Below, piece by piece: positions 54,833 through 64,000 of a stretch of 64,000 nt of DNA. The stretch comes from Phoronis australis (taxonomy: Eukaryota; Animalia; Phoronida), in assembly GCA_002633005.1 (NCBI GenBank), contig NMRA01000760.1, forward strand, positions 9,432 through 73,431. The letters are read 5' to 3'. Every line of letters starts with the position of its first letter. Position 1 is the first letter of the stretch. Both the position numbers and the translations under genes were made by a program. The notes under the pieces are model-generated. The model was not told where the DNA came from. It saw only the letters and a list, made by a program, of their open reading frames with translations, and made no database searches.

Positions 54833-57800
54833 CTGAAAAAAATATACACGGCATTTAATGAAATGACAACACCAACATCAGAAATCCAAAATTCACAATA
54901 GAACAAATTCTTAAAATTATGACAGTCTGTCAAAATAAGTAAAGTGGAATTCAAAGTTAAATTGAAATTTCCTGATTCTGGAACTTGGGAAACGTGATTA
55001 ACTTTTTTCAATACTATGCATTTTGTACAAGAGGGCCTGTAAACAGACTTGCAGTAGGTCTCACAGTTAGGAAGTACACATTACTTTGAACAGTAACAAA
55101 ACCCCTAAGAAAGCATTCTGCTTGAAAAACTAGAAAAACGAGACAGAAATAAAGTGAAGACGATCTTGCTTTCAACCATTTTTGGGTGTGGCTTAGTAAC
55201 TGACATTCTCAGGGAGTTGCACCTGGCTTTGCATATCAGTAATGTTTAAAATATGACAAGTTAAACTGTAAGGCAAACAGCTTCTAGTGTTGGAATATAG
55301 AAAATAAAATGTGACGTGTTTAGGTGGGAATACATTAAATCCTGCATTCTCATGAAGAATGAAGAGAAGAGCCACCAACAAAAGTAATCATGTTTCCGAT
55401 AATGGAGCTATCGCACTTATGCAAGATGGGGTACCTCCACACCAGCCAAAACAAGCCCAACAGTGGTGCTGAGCCAATACCCACAACTGCGATGATTCAG
55501 ATTCACAGCCTTCAAATTTGTCAGAATTGATTCGAATCAAAAATTTCGGGAACATGTGTTCATGAACCAAACATTCCTGATTCACTGAAGGCTGGTATCC
55601 AAGAATCATGGAAAAACATATTGGTTTGTAGTTATTAACCATACCACAGAGACTCACAGAACTAGTGTCAATTGATGGAAACAAATCAAGTATAACTGAA
55701 ACAATTGAAAACGAACCACTTTAGTTTTGAAGAATGCTGTATATTTTTGAAAACTGATTACAGGCTTTTGAGGCACCCAGGTTAATACTAGGATACAAAC
55801 AAGACCTACACCCTGCTCATGAGTTGAGGATACACCAAGCAGAGTTGCATGTTACTTTAAAGTGACATCAGTTAAATTACTACAAAATGTGATAAAAACA
55901 TTCCAACACAATAATGCTGAAGACCTATTTTCAACAAACACAATTTTGTCTGCATGAACTGAAGCAGCAATAACGCTAATATGAAAAGTTATTTTTTTGG
56001 TGTTGTGAAGACCTGCCTGACAGTTCGTTATTGCTCAAAACCACGCTCGGCGAATAAACTGACAAGCTTTGTCTTAAGTAATAACAAACAGACAGTCCTT
56101 TCCAAGTCCATAAATCACATCTATTTTGACCAAGGAACAAATTTGAGAGCAACTTCAGAACGGCAAGTGGTCTAAATCAAAAATTGTTTTTGTGACACAA
56201 ACTAAGATGGCCACTTTAAAAGGATACTAAACCCTGTTTAAATGATTTCGACCAATCCTTGTTGTGTCACGTGCTAATGCATCACTGGCATCAATCTTAA
56301 AAGATTAAGGATAAAGGAAGCAATCAACTAAAAACTCATCCTCCCTTCAGTGTCATGGAATGGACATTAGTTCTTGTTCAGTGGTCTTTCTCCACAGTTG
56401 CTGGATAATTCGCTACAGGCGCCCATTTAGCGACTTTGAAAGGAGTTTGCAAGTTTTCCTATATTTTTTAGGGTTGTCGAGGATCATTTTTGTTTCAGAG
56501 AATTACCGTAAACGTTCGGGTTAACGCCCATGCTCAGTTAACCGCCCATCCCCTACTTTAGGTGGATTTTCGATTTAACCGCCCACTGCTCGGTTAACCG
56601 CCCTCCCCCGATTTTTTGGATTCGCCAATTTAACCGCCCGGGGCGTTAACCCGAACGATTACGGTAGATGGGAAAGTCGCTTTTAATCTGTTAAAAGGCC
56701 AAAACCGGGTTTGGTATCCTTTCATCATAAGCAAATAAAGTCTTATACAATAATTACTCTATAAAACATTCACTTCTCAATGATAATGACATCATTACTT
56801 GCAAACAAATTCTGGCAATTATAAAGGAAAAAAATACCTGCACATTAATAACAATAACAACGCTAGTTTATAACAAACACAACAAATTTGTGAAAATTTG
56901 TCCACCTGTGTACAAGTTCAGCCAGTAAACTAGTAAAAATAGCTAAACATTTTATAAATAAGTTATCTTCAGCACCTAAGGTATGAAAAATATTTTAATT
57001 CTGGACAAACAAACCGGTGAAAACCATCATTTGAACAAAGAGAGCCCCTAGTGACAATAGTCCGACATGTTAGCTGTTGTGGAAATGCAAGTGTTTACTT
57101 TGTCACTTACACTATAGGCCATTTGAACCTTTATGCATTACATTGTAACCAATAAGACTACAGCCATAAAGTAATCTTCATTTTAGGTTTTTAAAAGTGA
57201 ATTAACTATTGTGATGGCTAGAGAGCTATTGAGAAAGGTTTTCAAAGGAAAGCGACAGTATGGTTACATATTAAAGTTAATCATTTTGTACTTCATTTTG
57301 GTAAAAAACACCATTTTTAACGCAAACTAATTTGGTAAATATTCCTGTTAAAAATTAATGATGCTTTTCAACTAATGCACTTAAACGTCAATTTCTTAAT
57401 TTTTCCATTCTGTCCAACAAAATGGCTGCCACAGTCAAACGACATTGAACTTGACTTTTTATGAAAAATGCAAGGCGTTTTTAGGCACATTTGCCTAGTA
57501 TTTGCAAAACAGTTGAGCAACTACCTGAAATACTAGTATGTATGCATGCACTTGGGATATATCTGAGCAAAAAAATCTTGAAACAACGTTATATTTTGGA
57601 TATAGGCAGGTGGGCTTCAATATGCATGTGTACTATACAGGCTTGTGATTTAGGAAATACCTTATCTTAGGTATGTCATTAATGTAACTTATTCTTTGTT
57701 CTAAACATGTGAAAGTAAACTTCAAGTGAAGTCTCTTTAACACACAGTAAATGATGTTTGTTGTCACATGCTGAATTCTTACCTGTCTGGTAGCCCGCAG

Positions 57801-60800
57801 GTTGAATCAGCGACACTTTCACCCCCCACTTAAACATGTCCATGCGGAGAACGTCACTATATCCCTCGATAGCATGCTTAGTCAAGGTGTAGGCACTCAT
57901 CAGATTCATTGGAATTTTACCTGTAAAACAAGGCAGAGTCAGTCAGATTTGGCAGTCTCTAGAATTTGGGACATGGAAACTTTCGCAAAAATAAATTTTT
58001 TTCATTCTGTAATTTGGGACAAAGGCAACTTTGGCATTCACCATATTTCTCAGATTTTGGATAAAGTGTAATTTTGCTACATTTTCTGTGATTCTTGAAT
58101 TTAGGACGGCCAATATTGCTTATTTCTAGAATTTGGGACAAGCTCTGACCTTGAGCAAAACAATTAATTTTTCAATTTCCCTATTTTTTAACATTATAAT
58201 AGTTATAATTGACAGGCAGTCTTACAAAACGTCATTACAGTGAAGATACCTGTTCAGTTCACTGACAGAGATGGCCATAATAGCCGTGTTGCAATGTTTT
58301 TGTATTCTCAAATACAGCATAGAGATCACAATCAAGCACTTACACCAATGTATAAGAATTGAACAGGCATAAAAAAATGAGTCCTAAAATTAAATCATTG
58401 CTTTACAGTAAGTAACAAGGAAGGCATAAGTTTGTGACCACCTAACAGTCGAAACCTAAAATGTTGAACTAAAAAATTCACAATTTATGAATATTAGCAT
58501 ATGTTTGTTTTTTGCTCCACACACATACATAAGATGTAAACTGTATTAATATACCACGCTTTGCTGTGGGATGATCATTAGGAAACATGTAAACTGTATT
58601 AATATACCACGCTTTGCTGTGGGATGATCATTAGGAAACATGGGAGCTGTAAAGACAGGTACTTAGAAAAGATGGACCTACAGTGCTTTTTGGAAAAACC
58701 AGTGAGAGGTTATGCAAAAACTACAATATGCAGTTATAGAGAAGCAACCAACAAAAATTGGAAAAAAAACTTGTTCCAACGAGGAATGAGAATTAAAAGA
58801 GAACCTAAACAGCCCTGGAGCACAAAAAGACTTTTCTCAGCAAATTTCACACGATGTATTGTCCTCAAACACGTACAGAAATGCAACTAAAAGAGATAGA
58901 AAATGCACTAATTGGGAGTCTTGCTTCGAAAAAAAATCAAAATGCACACGTGACAAGCATTATTTCAAAGAATTTTTCCAGGATCAGTCACAGAAAGTCC
59001 AGGTACTGAAACCTACAATGACTGTTACCCATTTAGAATATGCTGCTTAGTTTCTTTTTGCTTTCATAAGCATCTCTGCAAGGGTAAGTCTCATTGAACA
59101 GGACCATGAGGATTTACTTGTATGAGAAGGAAGCAAATTACCATAGTAACAAGACTTAAACAGCAGTCAGCACACGGTGACAATTGAAAACGCCTACCTG
59201 GCGATGATGGAATTAAAACCAAGTGACACAGCAAACATAAGAAGCTTACATAATTATGTTTGCCTAATACAAAGACTACTCTTCATTTAAAGACATTTAC
59301 TAGAGAATGTCAAAAGGAAATACTTAGTGGTAGGTGGAGTGCATTAACAAGATAACAGACACTTCATGCTGAGGCTTGACTCAAAGCAAATGATAATCAG
59401 AAATGTCAAAAATAATCCGCATTTAACAAAGTGATGAGTGTAAAGACATCAGTCCTGGGCCATGCTAATTTTAAGAATTTAAAATAACCACGATGACACA
59501 GATTAAATTCATGTTAAAACATGACATTCTACTTTATCAAGTCCAAAGCATCTTCAGGTGAGTACACGCTAAAAAGTGAGCATTCATTTCAAAGAATAAT
59601 TGACAACAAATTAAAAAGAACATCGGGCTGACTACCGACTGAATGTCAACCTGCAGCTATGATGACCTATTGTTTGTATCTCTTCTCCACTCTAGTTCAA
59701 CTCATCTATTATTTGAACACTCAATATTCAACCTAGGCTCTGTTATGTACAACCTTCACAACCACAAGAAAAGCCAGTGTGACCACGTCCTTCATTTGTA
59801 ATGCATGGTGATACTTCGCATAGACTTGTGCTATTTTGTGTTTCCACGAGTTTTCGAAACAAAGCCCTGTATTCTACTGATGACGACTAAGGGTGAATAA
59901 AGTGAAACGTTATCAAGGTCACTTTTAAATTGTTAATAACATGAGTGTAACCCCTGAGCATAATCAAAGAAATCGCTGTCTGAAACTTCGCACAAAATCC
60001 AGCGGTTGGTGAAATTGGCACCAGACAGTCAAGGCTGCATAAAGTCTCAAAAACCATGCCCTGGAGTCCAAAACAACTCTCTTCACGGGACGTATTTGCC
60101 CTTTGCAAAGTCGCCATGTTCATATTTTTAGTTTCAACTGATCTTGGTTACAATAAATTGCCTGGAAATTCCCCCGACAAACATGCTGGTTCTACAGCTG
60201 AAACTAATGCGCTTTGACATGTAATGGTCTGAAGCAATGACCAACTATCACTCCTCCTCTAGCATGAAAATTGTTCCCAATCTGAATAAGAAAACCAGTG
60301 AGAACGATTTTATGACATAAGACACAGGTTTAAAGGAACGTTTAATTTAACTCACCTACAACACTAGATACGTTAACAATTCTGCCCTGCGATGCCCGTA
60401 AATGTGGCAGAAATGCCTTAGTCACTCTTATCATTCCAAGAACATTGACGTTGAACAGCTCTTCATACGTGCTTACTGCAGTCATCTCAACATCCCCTAT
60501 TGTCCATGTGCCAGCGTTGTTAACCAGACCCCACAGTTCTAGAACAGACAGAAAGCATGGCATAATTTTTAATCAATCTGGTTGCAGCTAAAGTCAGAAC
60601 AAGGACCATAGTCCCAGTTTTTTCATGCAGTGACCACGTCAGGGGGATATTTGTTTTTTCTTGTGTGGCTAAATATAGCTTCAAGCATTTGAAAGAGACT
60701 CTGAAAGTCCCGGCCCACATTTTAAGTTGCACAGTTGTGCACAAAAGCAGATTTTTATGCTCCTACCTTAAATTTGCATTTTTATCTCAAAAATAATAAA

Positions 60801-63800
60801 TTGTGGGTGCTTTTAAGATTTAATGCAATAGTCTAAGAGGAAATACTATTTGCGGAATCAAAAATTACAAACTTCTCATTTCATTGTTTTTAAATACATG
60901 TATGCTCTATTCCTTGTTCAATTTGCAGAATTAGCTAAACTTAAGAGTCAAACTTCTTGGAAATGCGCAACTTAAAACATGTGGACTTACTTACAAAAAA
61001 CAATGGTTTGTGATATCAAAAACATCAAATCAAAATTGGCCCTCAAAAGCAGTCATAGAAGTAGTTTTAAACGCCTCCTATGGCTTAGAACCAACAGTCT
61101 AACTGTGACAGTAACATTTGAGTCTATATTCTGAACTCATCAAGTAGGTCAAGCTGAAATAGACGACACACACTAGCCTGCGAAGAAAACATACTGAGAT
61201 TACGGCAATCTAGAATTTACTTTAAGGGTTAAACCCAACAGGACATCAAGGTTAATTAACTTTAGACACCTGCATTCCGGGCTTACAAATATAAAAATGG
61301 TGGTTGTAACACCGTGTCCTTCTCAACGATGCACCATCAGTTCTGCTATATGTACCAAGACAGTGAGAAGGAAAGTCTAAGTTTCTAACACATACAACTA
61401 CGTACTTTCGTCTCCAAGAGATTCATTTACATATTGCACCACCTCATCAACCTGTGTTGGGCTTGTCACGTCCAACTGTACCACCTTCAACCTCAAATTA
61501 AAAACCAAAATAGTAATATAATAATAGTAATAATAAACTTTATTTACAGTAGATAAAATACAACATATTTTAAAAACATGCTTTAGCTAATATACAGCAT
61601 GGTCCTCTCCCAGCAACAAATTAAATTAAGATTTACAAATTGAATTACAAATAAATTAAAACTTTTATATGGTATATACAATGAAATGACTGAAAACGAA
61701 GGGAGGGACAGCTATGATGACCACATCCACAGGTAACTGATGAGTTTGTGCCAGAAGTCACCATAACCATCAGTCTCCTTTAGCCTATTTGGCAAGTCGT
61801 TCCACTGTCGAACGGCTTGAATAAAAAAGGACTTAAAACTTCTGTATCTAAGCACAACAAAATGATAATAAAATGACATCAACCAGCAAATTTGTTATAA
61901 CCCTGTAAAACCTGAGGCTATTACAGTTGCTCAGATTATGCAGGACCAATGTGGATTTCGTCAAACTAAAATTTTTACTGAAATTTGGTAATAGCCACTT
62001 GTATGGGTGCCACAAATTGAGAACCAATGTACTCCCCTGAATAATTGGCTTCAAACTGGTAATCAAAATCCGGGAACACTGTAAGTTACAATTGCCTGAT
62101 ATAGTTAGTATTGAGGATGTACAGAAACAAGAAAATGCGCGAAGTATATCAGAGCTCGACACAAGCGAAAATACCTACTCAAATCAAAATACAAGTGGCA
62201 TATTCTGCACTTGTATTTCCAGATTTGCACTGACTCATTAAAGTGGCGACCCAAAAAAAATGGCAAACGTCCGCACCGTGAGTGAGGTCAATTTCCAACA
62301 GGTAGTTTACTTTTGTACTTGCATATGTTAAGCATTTTCACAATGTAAGACATTCTAGCATTTGAAGTAAATATCTTTGTTGATATTTCTGTTTGACGTC
62401 TTCTTGTGTCTATAAGTGATATTTGTAGTAATCTATGCAGGACAATATGGGAAACATTGACCCGCTAAGTAAGTTACAGTACAGTTTAGGTCTTGTATCT
62501 TGCCTTCCAAATCAACAGAATTTGAGCATACAGTACAGTACAAAGGCTAAACAGCAGAATATTTTTACAATAACTGGATGTTTAACTCAGCAGCAAAACA
62601 CTTAGTCTATGATTTGTAACAAATTAACAAATGGTACCTGATATTTGGGAGCTACTGTGTATGATAAAAATCCAACACGTTACCTTTTACTACAGGAATT
62701 CTTCAAAGCAATAGCACCTGGGCCATCGTTGACAAGACAACCGGCAAATACCGTCATGCCGATTGAATCTAACGTTTTGGCTAGACTGTGACCAAACCCA
62801 GTATCACATCCTGAAATTAAAAAAACATTCAATTTTCAATTGACTGAAAAGTTTTATTTATTCAACATTGTTCACAATTTGAAATTTGAGAAAATGTCAT
62901 GAATACAATGCGTAATTGGTAGGCACTGAAATTACACGACTATGTTCAATAGCAAAAACAATACACTTGGCTTTGTCAAAATAAGATCCAACATATACAA
63001 TATAAGTTTGCCCTAATGAATATTGAGTGGTACTGTAAACTACAAAGTTTAATACATTTCGGTGGTTTAGTAGGGATTCTTGAGGTTATTGACCGATTAG
63101 AAAAGTAATGATTGATGATTCAGGACAACAATGACGACAACTGGTGATGATTTATTCTGAAGGCATTATTGACTGATGGTTGATTTTGTGAATACCGACA
63201 TTCACTGCAGCTTCACCACAACCATCCTCATGCAACAAGTAAGTGTAATGCTGCCTTATTTAACCACCAGGGGACATGGTAGCTGGAATTCCTAACCAAA
63301 TCAGATCGACGCTCCTCAGTTGCAACCCAGTCCTCCTCAAATTCAGGAGGCTGTGTTGTCCCTCGCTGCCATGAGTGGTTGTCTAATGGTATGTACTATT
63401 GATGTGTGGTCCTTCTTTGCAGCCGTGAGTGCTAGTTTAAGTTAGTACATGTATGTACCATTGTTGAGCACCAGTAGAGTGAAAAATTGCCTTGTCACAA
63501 TTCTCGAACCCGAAACCTCTCATCGCTTCAAAGGCACGGGTCTTAACAGTCAACCACAGGAGAGTGATAAAATAGAGATATTACCACACTCGCTGCACAT
63601 TCACCAGAATGATGACATATGGTGACAATGATGAAGGATAATTGTAATTGAGAAACTTTATGAAGACAATTATTATCTACATCAAGTACATGATTGGTCA
63701 CAAACTTGACTTCAGTTCCTGAAGTTCTCGCACTAGCTTACCAGTTATAAAGACTGCCTTGTTTTCAGACTGCAAGTGACTAGCAGGTAAAATAGAATAC

Positions 63801-64000
63801 ACCATGAGACACGAAAATCCAAACAAAATGACGCCTCCTGGTCCCTTCAGCAAAAAATGGCACAACGGTTCTCCAATAAATAACATTGCTAAACTCAGTG
63901 CTGAACGAAATCCCAGGCGGATTTCATTCATTATGAATTTTGACACCACCGCCATTGCAAATACCACAGTAATGGTTGAGTATAGAACTGAGTAAAACAA
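54495..64000 (-). CDS. Membrane-anchored short-chain dehydrogenase/reductase, SDR9C-type (17-beta-HSD2 / retinol dehydrogenase / BDH1-like), 5'-partial, complement(join(54495..54832,57783..57920,60356..60538,61406..61491,62684..62810,63742..>64000))
   Basis: Six phase-compatible exons. They give a hydrophobic N-terminus, KAVFITGCDTGFG (TGxxxGxG), [26 protein letters not shown], catalytic YTLTK (YxxxK), [10 protein letters not shown] and a C-terminal PREKYPCG. The start codon lies beyond the window edge. Confidence 0.93.
56220..56721. mobile_element. Kolobok-like MITE family A, inverted second copy with nested insertion
   Basis: TTAA|AAGGATACTAAACCC...CCGGGTTTGGTATCCTT. The interior is reverse-complementary to 4400-4730. 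A related end fragment lies near 27180-27225. Confidence 0.75.
56506..56664. mobile_element. Nested Tc1/mariner superfamily (Tc2-like) MITE
   Basis: TA|CCGTAAACGTTCGGGTTAACGCCC...GGGCGTTAACCCGAACGATTACGG|TA, 23/24 TIR match, TA duplication and four internal TTAACCGCCC repeats. Confidence 0.88.
57783..57920 (-). CDS. SDR catalytic exon (138 nt)
   Basis: tttacag|(G)[45 protein letters not shown](E)|gtaaga. Confidence 0.95.
58534..58642. repeat. Perfect 53-bp tandem duplication
   Basis: atgtaaactgtattaatataccacgctttgctgtgggatgatcattaggaaac twice, plus atg. Confidence 0.95.
60356..60538 (-). CDS. SDR exon (183 nt)
   Basis: ttctag|(K)[60 protein letters not shown](G)|gtgagt. Confidence 0.95.
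61406..61491 (-). CDS. SDR exon (86 nt) with unusual GAG acceptor
   Basis: aatttgag|(R)[28 protein letters not shown](K)|gtacgt. Phases 2 and 1 match the neighbouring exons. Confidence 0.88.
61511..61847 (-). mobile_element. 5'-truncated LINE 3' end (CR1/L2 group-like)
   Basis: The minus frame gives [44 protein letters not shown], resembling the SF...WNxLP...F..KL terminus of CR1/L2-group ORF2. It is followed by a short 3' UTR, AATAAA at 61544-61539 and a (TTA)n-like tail. Confidence 0.78.
62684..62810 (-). CDS. SDR exon (127 nt)
   Basis: tttcag|(G)[41 protein letters not shown](R)|gtaacg. Confidence 0.94.
63742..64000 (-). CDS. SDR first visible exon (partial)
   Basis: Hydrophobic stretch ending ...ENKAVFIT(G)|gtaagc. 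The ORF-track M is a TTG at the window edge. Confidence 0.88.

Overview
This is AT-rich, intron-rich animal genomic DNA, not prokaryotic. It is probably a marine invertebrate, but the taxon cannot be fixed from the sequence. Most ORFs in the six-frame track are spurious. Three spliced genes can be reconstructed by hand with consistent GT-AG phases: (1) the last two coding exons of an FDXACB1 homolog on + (494-697, 2756-4025); (2) a complete 7-coding-exon, 261-aa CD151/TSPAN11-like tetraspanin on - (24734 to 9314), with candidate 5' non-coding exons and promoter out to about 50 kb; (3) a 5'-incomplete membrane-anchored SDR9C-type short-chain dehydrogenase (HSD17B2/RDH/BDH1-like) on - (beyond 64000 to 54495). 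The rest is intron/intergenic DNA with many transposon relics: an LTR with a tRNA-Leu primer binding site, Harbinger-, Kolobok-, Tc2- and hAT5-like MITEs (two nested insertions), a tRNA-Thr-derived SINE head, a LINE 3' end and minisatellites. I found no convincing new multi-gene system. The most unusual observation is a LINE 3' fragment at the splice acceptor of an SDR exon: it leaves that exon with a rare GAG acceptor and creates a possible in-frame, polyadenylated chimeric terminal exon.
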